Shown: one piece after another, positions 24,633 to 39,300 of the stretch
Position numbering within the stretch: the stretch's first letter is position 1
How the letters are laid out: the number at the start of each line of letters is the position of its first letter
NCBI GenBank assembly: GCA_951406725.2
Contig: OX597817.1
Location: 152,768,001 to 152,832,000 of the forward strand
Length of the DNA: 64,000 nt
Direction of reading: 5' to 3'
Origin: Octopus vulgaris
Lineage: Eukaryota
Made by a program: the position numbers and the translations under genes
The notes under the pieces: generated by a model
Databases searched by the model: none
Seen by the model: only the letters and a program-made list of their open reading frames with translations
Told to the model about the DNA's origin: nothing

Positions 24633-26106
24633 GGCAATAATAATATTTAAAAAAATAATAATGGTGGATGACGATGTGTTCATCTCTGAGTCCCTTGGTA
24701 GCTTCCGATATCTGAATCTCTGATCATGAGCAGAAGTAGTGGGGGGTGCCAGGTATAAAAGAGGGGCTACAGCAAATACACAATACCACAGATTTACTTG
24801 TCAGTTGTGTGACCTTAACCAGTCGTGTATGTCCCTTAATGGCTGACGATATGTGCATCTCTGTTCACGAGCATAATCAGTGGGGGAACATCATAACCAT
24901 GTGTTGAAAGGAACTCTTTGGGGTTTGAATAAATCACCTCTGGAAACATGGGTGTTTCGTTCTTAATCCTTAAACAACCCTCATTCAGAGACTTTTGGGG
25001 TGGGATGGGCTACTCAGCTTGAAGAAAAGTTTAACTGGGCTCCACCTGCAAGGTCATGCGCTGTTTATCTTCATATGAGATCACCATCTCGCGCACGCAT
25101 AGTTGTGATGCATATGTCTGGTGTATCCTTATGAAAAGGGTAGTCATGATGGGTATACTGGCTTCGTATATTTTAGCCTAGTGTCACTTTGATGGCATGC
25201 CTCCATTCATTCATCCATCCACCCACCCAACCACTCATTCCTCCCCCTCCCTTTCGCAATCGATCGATCCATCCACACACACATATACGCATGAAATCAA
25301 ATCAAGTGGTGATATTTTGAATGCTTTTAATGCATTTAATGATAATTTCATCCCTTACACAATATCGTCCTTATTAATTGCTAGCAAGGACAATATTTTG
25401 CTTTGTAATCGTAATATACTGCCGATTATACTAAAGGTTTGCAAGTCAATATTGTGCCTTAATTTGTGTTAGCAGTGCAATATTCTCATTTTTAATTTTA
25501 TCCCTATAAATTTACTATAAAATTTAGAGCCAGCACTGTAAGTTACAGCGTTTCGTATACGAATACGTCTATGTAAACAATGCAATCGAAGAAGGTACTG
25601 ACGAAAGAGCAATAACTCTTGAAATATGCATATACACCTATTACCTATCTGTTCTGTCTTCGATCGCATCGTTTATATAGACGTATTCGTGTACGAAACG
25701 TCATAACTTTCTGTGCTGTCTCTGGATTCTATAGAAAAAATTTGAGGAAGATTTTGCATAAGAAATGAAATTCCATTTTATCTATTGCGCTATTATCTGA
25801 AACGTACGTATTAAATGCATTAAAAACATCACTTAGTTTCAATTCAATGTTATACACTATACGGCTCTATGACCTCTACAAGCCAGCCAGTTCTAATTCA
25901 ATTTACATGGCTACTATTACAAGGTTTGGAATGTTTTGTTCTATTTCACCCGAGCTGCAACTTCTAGTAACGTGCATCGCTTATACGCCTGCATGTATGT
26001 ATGTATGTATGCATGTATGTATGTATGTATGTATGTATGTATGTATGTATGTATGTATGTATGTATATATGTATATATGTATGTATGCATGTACGTATGC
26101 ATGTAC

Positions 26107-26161
<55 letters not shown>

Positions 26162-26171
26162 CGTATGTATG

Positions 26172-26223
<52 letters not shown>

Positions 26224-26226
26224 TAT

Positions 26227-26736
26227 AATAATTAAGGATACTAACAGGGAGTACCGGCATGCTAAATATAGCAGCCAAAATGACCAGTTCACAAGTTTTC
26301 TATTAAACACAAAGGTGAAAGTGGGAAAATTTTATAAAAATCCTAAAACCAATGACGAAAATAATCGATAATTGAAAAGGAGTCAGTAAGACTCGATGAA
26401 GAGGAACTAAGGTTATTTCTGAAATACCCTTAGTTCGTATCACCAAGTTCGTATCACTTAGTTCGTATCACATGCCCGTAATACGGGCATGTGTCACTTT
26501 TTCAATTATCGATATTTTCGTAATTGGCACGGGGTTTTAGGATTTTTATTAATTTCGTTTAAGCGAAAACTTGTGGTTTGGTCATTTTGGCTGTTATATT
26601 TAGCATGCCGCTACTTCCTGTTAGTTCCCCTAATTATTGATTAATAATTTTCTTTAACCGTTATTGTTCTAAATTATAACATATATAAATATTCCTCTAT
26701 TTCTCTAATATTAAGGTCTCATTCCTTTGTTGTTAC

Positions 26737-26740
<4 letters not shown>
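26227..26740. mobile_element. Fold-back element with rearranged spacer
   Basis: Diverged arms at about 26227-26380 and 26496-26638; extension to (ATT)n; preceded by (TA)n. Confidence 0.7.
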
Positions 26741-26793
<53 letters not shown>

Positions 26794-27458
26794 GTAATAT
26801 ATATATATGTATGTGTGTGTGTATGTGTGTGTATGTCTCTGTGTGCTTGCGAAGCTTTAGAAAAAATATCTTGATATAGCCACAATATTTGAAAAAAAGA
26901 TTTTCTTAGAATTAAAAATGTATAATTATGTAAAAAAAATGTGTTTTAATTAGGCAGGTTAAGGCAAGCCTGAAGTGTCTGAAAATCTGAAAACGGTGAA
27001 AGTTCTTATAAAAGCTTCTTTCCATTAAATTTGCGTTAATGTTTTGCAACTTTCTTTATAATTAATAACTTTCAATTTAAGAAACCTTCTTTCATTGAGT
27101 GACATGAAATAAACAGAAATTCTTTATTATTTATTATAGGCTTGTAGTTGTTTCAGATATGCGTTTGGGTGTGTAGTCGACAAAATCAAAAACAAACAAT
27201 GTACATGCGCGGAATTGAAAATATAAAATGGCAACAATTTACCCGTCGCACCCTGTATATGTCGATTGATCGACTGAAAACATAGGGAAGCAGTAGCCCA
27301 AAGCTATCTTCAGGGCCATATATTCATACACACACACACGCGTATGAGCATGAGAAATAACCGTTACTCGACAGTTGAATGTTATTATAAGATTATGTAA
27401 AATTCTTACTCGCGGATGATTTTCTCTGACTCTCACGGCTAAGAATGATAACAACAAT

Positions 27459-27625
27459 ATATTTCTTTATTACCCACAAGGGGCTAAACACAGAGGGGAC
27501 AAACAAGGACAGACAAACGGATTAAGTCGATTACATCGACTCCTGTGCGTAACTGGTACTTATTTAATCGGCCCCGAAAGGATGAAAAGAAAAGTCGACC
27601 TCGGCGGAATTTAAACTCAGAACAT
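27459..27625 (-). mobile_element. SINE family B, headless monomer
   Basis: Matches the family B unit. Confidence 0.85.
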
Positions 27626-27721
27626 AGTGATAATAATAGCCACAACAGAAACACCAACATTAATTGTTATATATTCCAACGATGAACGTTTTTTTCTTAT
27701 TGAGAAAGCGGTTCCTTCATC

Positions 27722-28030
27722 TTCTTTTACCTCTTTCTTGTTTCAGTCATTGCATTGAGGCCATGCTGGGGCAATACTTTGAAGGGTTTTAGTCAAACAA
27801 ACCGATTCTGGTACTTAGGCGTTTTTCTTTTTGTTTCTTTGCCGAACTGCTAGTAAAAAGAAAACGGGTATGTAAACAAAGCGGTGGGATTTCGACAAGC
27901 ACGGACACACACGCGCGCGCATGTATATGACAAGGTTTTCATATATTTTCCCTCTACTAAATTTACTTACCGGGTATTTGGAGACCTGGGGCTATAGAAG
28001 ACATTTGCCCGAGCAACTGCTCACTGAGGC
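27722..28030 (-). mobile_element. SINE family A, diverged
   Basis: gtttcagtcattg...ccatgctggggca...gctatagaagacatttgccc. Confidence 0.7.
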
Positions 28031-28044
28031 CGAACCCGAAACCA

Positions 28045-28700
28045 TTTGTGAGAAAAAACAGCATCATAATGCAATTCACTCTGTAAGAAATTTGGAAACG
28101 ACATGCTGTACTGCTTAGTATTCGCGCCGGAAGCTCTAATATGAACATTTCAGAGTGTTTGGGTGTCAAGCTAAGTCCCGAAAACAAGTACCGAGAGTTA
28201 TAAAAATCAAGCATCCAGTCAACATCATGGTGTTTGGAGTGATCACTAGTGACGTTATGCCGCCATTCATCTTCCTACACGGCCTCAGACTCAACTCGGA
28301 GGCCTACATCAAGTGCCTGGAGGAGATAGTGATGCCCTGGGTCAAAAGAGTGGCTGCTGGAAGACCCTGCCACACGATCAGGAGAACGCAGTCATGGCTG
28401 TCAGACAATTTCTACAACCACATCGCCCCTAACATCTGGCCACCTAACTCCCCAGACTGCAACCCCTTGATTATTATGTGTAGGGCGCAGTTAAGCGTCC
28501 TACACATAGTACAGAACTTCTTGTAATACTAAAGATGGACTAAAGGCAAGGATTATGGCAGCATTCACCAACTTAAACAAGGAGACTGTTCAGAAGAGTT
28601 GCAGGAGATTTCGAAGTCATCTGGAAGCCGTGGTTGAAGCCAATGGCGATTTTATTGAATAAATTTACTCTTTAGTATTTCAAGATATTTTTATGTAATA
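28045..28700 (+). mobile_element. maT/DD37D-type Tc1-mariner relic
   Basis: KHPVNIMVFGVI, PPFIF..GLRLN...YI, WPPNSPDCNPL motifs. Confidence 0.82.
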
Positions 28701-28703
28701 ATA

Positions 28704-28835
28704 GGCGCAGGTATGGTTGTGTGGTATGAAGCTTGCTTCCCAACCACATGGTTCCGGGTTCAGTCCCACTGCGTGGCACCTTGGGCAAGTGTCTTCTACT
28801 ATATATATACTGAAACAAGTAAAAGAATAAAAGAA
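28704..28835 (+). mobile_element. SINE family A, internally deleted
   Basis: Head joined directly to the actgaaacaagtaaaagaa tail. Confidence 0.85.
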
Positions 28836-28907
28836 TATCTGTTAAAATGAGATGTCAGCGTTATTTTCATTTTTGTGTAATTTACACGACATTTTGTTCA
28901 CCGCACC

Positions 28908-28976
<69 letters not shown>

Positions 28977-28999
28977 ATATAATATGTACATACGTACAT

Positions 29000-30490
29000 A
29001 CTCTTCTGTTTTTTCCTGAAATTTTCTTTTCTTCTCTCCCATCTGCCTTCTATCTTCCTTTACCATCTGTCTTCTTCCCTTGTCTTTTCATTCCATCTTT
29101 CATTCAGTATTTAGGCTATTTATTAAATTTTGATCCATTCCTTCAATACAACGTTCTCTCATTCTCTTAAATTTTCATTCTAACATTCCTTCAACCAGTT
29201 TACATTCTTTTTTCTTTTTATCTTCCATTCTTTCACCTTTCATCTCTTCATTCATTTTCATTCTCTCTGTCAATTACACCTTTAATTCACCTTCCATTCT
29301 TTCGTTCTTCTCATTCTTTTACACTCATAACTCTTCATCAATGTTTTCATCCTCTCGTTCTTGTGTACTTTCATTCCCACATTCATTCATACATTTTTAT
29401 TCTATTCTTCTTTTTTTAAGGTCATTCCTTGATCTATTTTCTTTTTCTCCTTTTTGTATCTCCATTCCTTCATTTTTCCAGCCATTTCATTTTCTCCGTC
29501 TTTTAAATCTTCGTTCAATCATTCCTTCAACAATTTTTCATTCTCTCATTCTTCTAAACTTTCATTCCTTCATTCAGTTATCCAGTCGTTCATTCTATCC
29601 TTTCTTTTATACCCCGATTCCACCATTTCCTCATCCATTTTTCATTTCTCGTTCTTTTGTAATTTCATTCTGTCCTTTCTTCATCCATTTTTCCTTCTTC
29701 AGTTCTTTTGTACTTTCATTCCATCATTCCATCATCCAACTTCCATTGTTTCCTTCTATCATACCATTATTCTATCTTCCATTCTTTCGCCCTCTCATTC
29801 CTTCACACCCCCATTTCTTCCTTCATATTTTCATAACTCGTTCATCTATACTTTCATTCCCTCACTCCTTCATCCATTTTTATTTTCTCAATCTTTTTTT
29901 AATCTTCATCTCTTCAGCCATTCTTATTCTCTCGATTTTTTTTCATTTCTCATTCTTTTATGTTGTCATTCCGTTATTTCTTCATCCGTTTCATTCTCTT
30001 ATTCTTTTACACCGTCATTCCTTCATCCATTCGCATCTTTCATTTTCACTTCTTAATTCCTTCATTTCTTCTTCCATTTTTATTCTCTCATTCCTTTAAA
30101 ATTGATTCCGTCATTCTCTCATCCACTTTTCATTCTCTCCTATTACACCTTCATTCCACTTTCAATTTTTTCTACCCTTATTTCTTCATCCATATTTTCA
30201 CTCTCCCTTTCTTGCATCATACTTTTATCCCCTCATTCCTTCACCCACCCTTCACTCACCCTTTAATTCTCGCGTTCTTACACACCTTGATTCCGTCATA
30301 CCTGCATCCATCATTCATCCACTCCTATCATACCTTCCATTCTTTCGTTCTCTCATTCTTCCACATCCTTATTTCTTTATCCATTCCTTCAACCAATTTT
30401 TCATTCTCTCATTCATTTATATCTTCATTCTTTCATTCGTTTATTTTGTACTTTCCATCTTCTACGTCTTGTATTCTTTCATTGATTTAT
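29000..30490. repeat. Degenerate pyrimidine-rich (TTCA/TTCC-like) tract
   Basis: About 1.5 kb with very few G on the + strand. Confidence 0.8.
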
Positions 30491-31143
30491 TAAAACTAAA
30501 ACAATAAAACAAAACAAAAAAAAAATCATAAACCGTTTTTTTTTTCTTCTTCTTCGTCTTTCCTACATTACGTTGTCATAGCTGTAGTAATCGTTCCTCT
30601 TGTTACCATTATTGCGATTCCTGTTCTTGCTATTGCTTTTGTTGTTGTTATTGCCATCACTGCACTTGTCATTTTTGTTGTTGGCACTGTAGTAGCTGTT
30701 GTTGTTGTTGTCATTATTGTTCTCGATGTGGTTGTTGTTGTTCTTGTTGCAAAATGTATAAAGAAACTGGGTATAATGAAAACGAGGCTGTGACCTGCAT
30801 TACTCTGTTATTTCCGCAGTGAAGTTGTTCTATGTGAAGAAAAACTTTTAACCAGCACCTGTAACAGTCGTGATAGCTAGCTGCTACTATTCGTATATAT
30901 ATATGTGTACGTATACATGGCCATGTGCGCTTGTGCATGCGTGTATGTGTGTATGTGTGTATACATATATGTGTTATTATGTGCTTGCATGGGTGGATGT
31001 GCTTGTATGATTGTGTACGTATGTCTGCGCATGTACGTCTCTGCTTCCTTCCAAGTGAGGGTATATATATATATATATCGTTTCCCGCGAGTGTGACTGT
31101 ACGTGCGTGTGACTGTACGTGCGTGTGCGTGTGTGTGCGTGCG

Positions 31144-31178
<35 letters not shown>

Positions 31179-31267
31179 GTATGGGTATATGTTTGTTTAT
31201 GTGCTTGCATGGATGGAAGTGTTTGTGTATGCTTGTGCATTTGTATATATGTGTTTGCTAGTGGGGG

Positions 31268-31355
<88 letters not shown>

Positions 31356-31415
31356 CATCATCTATCTATCTATCTATCTATCTATCCATCCATCCATCCA
31401 TCCATCCATCTACCC

Positions 31416-31486
<71 letters not shown>

Positions 31487-31490
31487 CATC

Positions 31491-31525
<35 letters not shown>

Positions 31526-31558
31526 CATCCATCCATCCATCCATCCATCCATCTATCC

Positions 31559-31632
<74 letters not shown>

Positions 31633-31717
31633 GTATGTATGTATGTATGTATGTATGTATGTATGTATGTATGTATGTATGTATGTATGTATGTATGTAT
31701 GTATGTATGTATGTATG

Positions 31718-31808
<91 letters not shown>
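31268..31808. repeat. (TATC)n/(CATC)n/(TATG)n microsatellite
   Basis: Direct inspection. Confidence 0.95.
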
Positions 31809-31975
31809 GTGTGTGTGTGTATGTATGTATATCGGTTCGTGAATGTGTGCTGTGTGTGCGCGTGTATGTATGGGTATATGATGTATATGTATGGGTATAT
31901 GTGCGCGTATGAATGGGTATCTGTGCGTGTATACAAGGGTATATATGTGTGTGTCAATGGGTGTATGTGTGTTTG

Positions 31976-32024
<49 letters not shown>

Positions 32025-32149
32025 ATGTATGTGCATATGCGTGTATGCATAGGTATATATGTGGATATGGAAGTATGTATAGGTATATATGTGTGTATGA
32101 ATGGAAGTATGTTCGAGTGCTGGGTGCATATGTTTGTGCGAGCGTATAC

Positions 32150-32640
32150 ATCTTTGGGTATATGTGTGTGTAAGCGGGTATATATGTGTGTATGCTGGTA
32201 TATGCGTGTATGCGGGTATATGTATGTAGGTATGTGTGTGTGTATGCAGGTATATATTTGTTTATGCGGGTATATGTGCTTATGCGGGTATATGTGTGTA
32301 AGCGGGTATATACGTGTATATATGTGTATGTATGTGTGTAAATGCGGGTAAATGATTGTATATGTGAGGATATAGGTGTGTACGCAAGTATATATGTGCA
32401 TATGCGGGTATATGTGTATGTGGGTATATATGTGTGTATCCAAGCATAAATTTGTGTATACGGGTATACGTCTACGTAATGCGGGTATATGTGAGTGCGT
32501 ATATGAGAGTATATGTGTATGTGTATGCATAATAGAGCATGCGGGTGTATGTGTTTGATGGGTATATGTGGTTATGTGTGCGTCACTGGGTATATGTATG
32601 TTTGGGCTTGGGGGTTGGAGTGCCTGGGTATGTGTATATA
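32150..32640. repeat. Degenerate minisatellite, about 18 bp, atgcgggtatatgtgt
   Basis: gcgggtata recurs many times. Confidence 0.7.
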
Positions 32641-32905
32641 TGTATGTGAGTAAATGCAGATTCTTTAAGTATATATGCGTGGATATCAGTATGTATGTGC
32701 GCAAGTTTGATGCATGAGAGTATGCGTGTATATGAGTGTGTGTATGTGTGTGTGTGAGTGTGCGCGTGTATATATATATATATATTTTATATTTATATAC
32801 ATGTATGCATGTATGTATATTTACATGAAGTATGTATATATCTATGTATCTATCAGTCCCAGTATGTATACATATACACCTACATGTGTGCATACATGGA
32901 TACTG

Positions 32906-32938
<33 letters not shown>

Positions 32939-33083
32939 CCTATATACCTCATACACACACGCACACACGTAGATATGTGTATCTTTGTCACTATCTCTGA
33001 CTCTGTATGTCTATATGCATACACAAACGCGTATAAGTCTGTACATGCGCATGTATGTATGTATGTACGTATGCAAGTCAGTA

Positions 33084-33126
<43 letters not shown>

Positions 33127-33458
33127 GTATGCTGTGTCGCATTATTTAAAATGCGAGCGTAAATTACTGAACACAGTAATATTGTTAATATATTATTAAC
33201 AATTTCTTCATATATATAAATATACATATATATACATATATCTATACAAACACATATATATATTTTTATATGTGCGTGTGTGCGTACGCGCGTATAAGCG
33301 CGCGCGAGTTGATTTTAATAACAACAATTAAACCTGAGATATTATGCTATCGTGATGCTTATATGTCTCAGTTTTCAATTTATAGTTAAGCGTCCCTGAA
33401 TGTGCATACATGCATATACACACACACATACATTTATGTATGCATTACATACATACAA

Positions 33459-33531
<73 letters not shown>

Positions 33532-33570
33532 CATATATATATATATATATATATAAATATAAATATATCC

Positions 33571-33616
<46 letters not shown>

Positions 33617-33803
33617 GTATGTATGTATTTATGATGTTCTGGGATTTAAGTGAATGAATATGTTCGGCTTGTATAGTGTTAGCTTTAAGATTGTTTGTTA
33701 ACGAAAGGTTGCTATATTCGTTGATATTCGGCGTTTCCCTGCATTAGTGATGGCCCACGATATAGGGTCTAGTGGTCGATCTTGCTGTAACAAGGCACTG
33801 ATA

Positions 33804-33839
<36 letters not shown>

Positions 33840-34122
33840 TGTATGTATGTATGTATGTATGTATGTATGTATGTATGTATGTATGTATCTATGTATTTAT
33901 GTATGTATGTATGTATATATGTGTTTGTGTGTGTGTATGTGTTTGTGTGTGTGTATGTGTTTGTGAGAGAGACAGAAATAAATAGGTAGATAGCGTAAGG
34001 GGAATATATAGAACTTGACACTTTACTGTACGTATGCGTATTTACGTATCCTTGTATACGCATGCGTTTGTATGTATTAATGAACACGCTTTGTTTTGGT
34101 GTGCAGTCATACAAATGTGTGT

Positions 34123-34178
<56 letters not shown>

Positions 34179-34252
34179 TCTATATATATATATATATATA
34201 TATACTCACACATTTATACGTTGTTAAATATATGTCTATATATATAAATGTA

Positions 34253-34302
<50 letters not shown>

Positions 34303-34894
34303 CATATATATGTGTGTGTGTATGTGTGTGTGTGTATGTGTGTGTGTGTATGTGTGTGTGTGTATGTGTGTGTGTGTGTGTGTGTATTTATGTGCATGTG
34401 TGAGTCGTATGTGCACCTACTTACAATCCTACCCAGCTGCAGGTAGTGACAAACTGTGCACATGCACCATTCACTGCACACATATGGCGAATTTTGTGTT
34501 GTTTTCTCGTATTCAGGACGAAATATACCAACGCGCTCATATATAATTCGCTTACATACACACAGGCACACACAAACACACATATTCATTCATGCATACG
34601 TACATATATGCAAACATACATACACTCAGACATACAAGCAAAAATTCAGAGAAAGAGTAAGATAGGCAGACACATTCGCGCATTTGTGTGTATGGTGCCT
34701 GCATTGTGCATATGTGCATATATGTGTGACAACACATACTTATGTTTTGAGTTCTAGTTTTGCTGTTTGCGTCGCCAAACCAACATATATTTATAACTAT
34801 ATATATATATATATATACATATATGTAGAAGGTTTAAAAGGAACACACGAGTTGATATATACATACATACATATATACATATATAAATAAATAA

Positions 34895-34972
<78 letters not shown>

Positions 34973-34973
34973 G

Positions 34974-35016
<43 letters not shown>

Positions 35017-35018
35017 AT

Positions 35019-35049
<31 letters not shown>

Positions 35050-36209
35050 GCTTACATACATGCACATATATACACCCACATATATATTCACAGATGTGTG
35101 TGTGTGTTTGTGTATGTTTGTGCTTGTGAATGTATGTATGTATGTATGTATGTATGTGTGTATGTATGTATGTATGTATGTATGTGTAGGTGTGTATCCC
35201 TGTATATAGTGCGTGTGGGTGTTGTATTCCATTTGCAGTCATACCGCTGTAAATATGTCACTAGTATACCCTGGGTATTGAAAGCACGTGTGCTGAAAAT
35301 ATTATTCTTTTGAGAATGTCAAATAATGGAAGGCATATGTTCTTCTCTGTGCTTAATGCATTTTAAATGTTAATATGATTAATATGTCATATGCTTAACC
35401 ATCATATTTTTCATATTGTATTCAGAGTAAATACAGTTAATGACGCTTGTTGAATGTCATAGATTTTATGCCATAAGTTTGATGTTCTACGATTAATATC
35501 ATATCTATAATCTTAATATGTACGTTATATATTTAAGGTGTGTTGTGTGTTAATGTCATATGTTTTATGCGATATACTTAACATCATGCTTATTTGATAT
35601 ATTTACTGTTATATGTTGAACATCGTATATATCTAGTGTGCTATGCATAACGTCACCCACTTAAAATGATGTATTTAATGTAATAAGTTTAATGTCAAAT
35701 TTCAGATATGCTCAACGTCAGATCTTTAGTTTTATACGTTTTGTGGCACTTTGAAAGCTTTATGGCTAATGACACGTTGCTTGGTGGGACGTGATTAATG
35801 CATCCTTAAGATGATTTCTCTAACGTCTTATATCTAACATCGAATATTTCACGTCACCTTCTTCAGTTGCAGAAATAGCCATGTCGTTAAGTAGTTTGCT
35901 TTGAGCTACATATATTTCATGGTTCGATCGCGCTGCACGTCATCCGAGACAAATGTATTTTCCTAATTACTTCGAGTTTAACAAGAAATTTTTGATAGAC
36001 GGAAACGTTCGGATTGATGGAATTCAATTAATCCATTGGCAAACCAGTGTACATAATGTGCTAAGTACACTGCTGGATATTCAACCATTACTCCACAGTC
36101 GTTCCCTTAACCCCTTTCCTGCTCAAAACATTTTCATAAGCTTGTCCTTAACACCCATGCTTGTTTTTAGATTTTTTGTTAGCCCTTGTTTCATACGTTA
36201 TGAATAATA

Positions 36210-36775
36210 TTGGGTTGTCCGGAAAGTTCGTGCCGACTTTTAAAGGAAAGAAAAAGGTCAATAAATACCTGCCATTACATTTTTAATCAACTAAATATGA
36301 ACCATTTTGTTGTACAATGCGTCTCCATCTTTCCTTTAACTTGCAAATACCCTCTTCTTAGAATTGAGCTGGTTTCATGGCAAAGAATTCATTAAGGTAT
36401 CTTTTTACGTCATCTAAGGAATTGAAATTTTTACCATTAAGACTATTCTGGAGAGACCTGAATAAGTGGACATCCGAATGAGCAACATCTGGTGAATATG
36501 GAGAGTGGGGTAACACATCCCAGCCGAGCTGCAGCAATTTTAGTCTGGTTCCCAAAGCATCAAGTGCCGAAAATGAACTTTCCTATCTTCCATTTTAAAA
36601 GGTTACAGAATTAACACAAGTTATATGAACATAAACCTTCTTCCACGAAAAGATAGCTTAAACTGTGTTCTAAATGGAGGTGTTGTCAAATACTATTTTA
36701 TGGACTCAACCATGTTCTAAAATAAGTCGAAAGGTAAGCTACTATAAATCGGCACGAACTTTACGGACAATCCAA
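36210..36775 (-). mobile_element. Mariner (DD34D) element, internally deleted
   Basis: TIR ttgggttgtccggaaagttcgtgccga at both ends, TA TSD; LGWDVLPHSPYSPDVAHSDVHLFRSLQ. Confidence 0.93.
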
Positions 36776-36911
36776 TATAAAGCTTTCCTTTCACAAGTCA
36801 CAAGATACTCTGATGGTTGATAAAAGTTTGGGATGTGTATCATATATAATGCATGTTCATGTTTTATGTGATATACTTAGCATCATGTTTATTTGATATA
36901 TATATGTTATA

Positions 36912-37048
36912 GGCGCAGGCGTGACTGTTTGGTAAGAAGCTTGCTTCCCAACCGCATGGTTCCTTGGACAAGTGTTTTCTACTTTAGCCGCCGGCCGACC
37001 AAACCCTTCTGAGTGGATTTGGTAGACGAAAACTGAAATGAAGCCCGT

Positions 37049-37050
<2 letters not shown>
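36912..37050 (+). mobile_element. SINE family A, 5' half
   Basis: ggcgcaggcgtgactgtttggtaagaagcttgc. Confidence 0.85.
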
Positions 37051-37125
<75 letters not shown>

Positions 37126-37165
37126 CTGTATACCTATATATGTATATATATATATATATATATAT

Positions 37166-37463
37166 AAAAGGAAATGAAGAAAATGCTGACAAAATGATTT
37201 AAGTAAGGGAGAGTGTATTTAATTAGGTGAAAGTTCTTTTTACCGGTTGCGCATTTTTCTCTATAAGAGAAAAAAATCTATCAGAAAGGAACTCTATCTC
37301 TCTTAAAAAATATCTTTTGATAAGCATAACAAATGCGCAACCGGTAAAAAGAACTTTCACCTAATTAAATACACTCTCCCTTACTTAAATCATTTTGTCA
37401 GCATTTTCTTCATTTCCTTTTTTTATATATCACAACTCGTGTTCCACATCTCCTTTTTTTAAA
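37166..37463. mobile_element. Fold-back PLE-type element with degenerate hammerheads
   Basis: 91-bp perfect arms at 37166-37256 and 37331-37421; extension; (TA)n on both sides. Confidence 0.78.
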
Positions 37464-37486
37464 TATATATATATATATATATATAT

Positions 37487-38120
37487 ACGAGGTCTGATCA
37501 ATAAGTATCCGGACTGTTGCCATGGTACGACGCTAAAGCGCGTAGATTGAAGCCGCTTGGCAAAGATTGATCTTGAACTCTGCTGTGCATGCACACTAAG
37601 TTTTAACGCTCTAGTTCACTTCCGCTGTTTACACCAGTGCTTAGCAAGAATGTGTGTAGCGTGTGATCGTCCTATTGACCATGACAGAGAAAGTTATCAT
37701 GGTGATACCTGCTCAGAGGCCTACGCAATGTTGCAGATAGTGTACGAAGAGGAGTGTATGAGCCGCACACATGGTGTACAAGTGGTTCAGACGTTTCCAA
37801 GATGACCGAAAAAATGTCGATATTGATGAACGTTCTGGGAGACCCGCAACCAGCAGAACTGAGAAAAACACCGCAGATATGCGTGCAGCTGTGAGGGGAA
37901 ATCGTCGAATCACCATCTGTGAGTTATCAGAGGGTGTGCAGATTAGTTACGGTTGAGTTCAGTCTATTATCACTGAAGATTTGGGTACGAAACGCATGTC
38001 CGCCAAGTTTGTGCCAAAACTGCTTTCAGCTGACCAAAAGTACACTCAAGTTTCAGTTGCACAATATCTTGATTGTGTCGAGAACGATGAAAACTTTTTT
38101 AAAACTTTGCGTAGGCATCA
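37487..38120 (+). mobile_element. Mariner relic, same family as 4022
   Basis: TIR cgaggtctgatcaataagtatccggactg; KWFRRFQDDRKNVDIDERSGRP, MSAKFVPKLLS. Confidence 0.9.
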
Positions 38121-38620
38121 CTTGTTTTCTGTATTCAAAATTCGGACAGAACTTATGGGATGACCTGATATTTAATGTAATAAGTTTAATATCCTTTGTA
38201 TCGCATGTAATACACAAACCAGGCTATTGGTTAAAATCCAGTATCATTTGTTTTGTGTTAAATGCTTGATTGTTAATATATAAAGAATGAAATATCAAAT
38301 GTATTTCGTATAGAGATGTGTCAGTAGCGCTTTGTGGTATACCCTCTTGAATTTATAAACGTATTTATCTGAACCCTGTCTAAATGAAGACCTGGAGAGT
38401 GCAATCAACAAAGGGTTATGGATAGCAATGTGGCCCAAGTGTATTCAAGAGGGAGGGCAGTCTTCGTTGAATCTGGCTGGGTCGATATTGCTTCTCATCC
38501 TTCCGCCAGCGATGAAATTAGTATCGATTTAAGAACTGGAATCAATTCCAGCCAGTTTTTGGCTTTATACTTTTCAAAGCCGATGCCGCCGCTACCACCA
38601 CCACCACTACCACAACCACC

Positions 38621-38654
<34 letters not shown>

Positions 38655-38655
38655 T

Positions 38656-38689
<34 letters not shown>

Positions 38690-38919
38690 GATGCTGCTCT
38701 TTCACCGAAAGCTAAACCGTTAGATTCGAATGTCTCCTATTCTTGGCGAAGTAATCTTTGCTGATTCACTGTTTTCGGGTATAAAATGTTTTGGCACAAC
38801 ATTTTAGCACAATAGTTTTGGCACCGCCTATTTCATATCGTTGATTCAACACCGATTTATTTAACATTAGATACTTTAATATTTATTCGCGTTTTTTAAA
38901 ATTGTTCTCTCGTTCTTTA

Positions 38920-39130
38920 GGCAGCGAGCTTGGAGAATCGTAAGCATGCCAAGCTAAAATGCTTAGCGGCATTTTATCCATCTTTGCGCTCAGAGTTCAA
39001 ATTCTGCTGCGGTCGACTTTGCTTTTCATCCTTTGGAGATCGATGAAATAAGTACTAGTCGAGCACTGGGTTCGATATGATCGACTATCTCCCTTCCACA
39101 ATATTTTAGGCTTTGAGCCTATAGGAGAAA
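38920..39130 (+). mobile_element. SINE family B, diverged
   Basis: ggcagcgagcttggagaatcgtaagc...gagttcaaattc. Confidence 0.8.
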
Positions 39131-39169
39131 TTATTATTTTTGCTTATAGGAGAAATTATTATTTTTGCT

Positions 39170-39300
39170 ATTTACAAGCATTTTAATCCCATCAATGTAA
39201 AACTCTTTTGGTTTCAAAGCGAAGAACTCTGAAATGTCAGTTTCGACTGCCTCCTGACTTGCGAAAGTTATGTCCCCCAAATGATTCTGTAAACTACGAA
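39170..39300 (-). pseudogene. Mariner transposase C-terminal fragment
   Basis: FRSLQNHLGDITF...EFFALKPKEFYIDGIKML. Confidence 0.75.

Noticed and set aside
29341-30493. 177-252 aa hydrophobic ORFs as membrane proteins
   Set aside because: Overlapping in several frames over a low-complexity pyrimidine tract.
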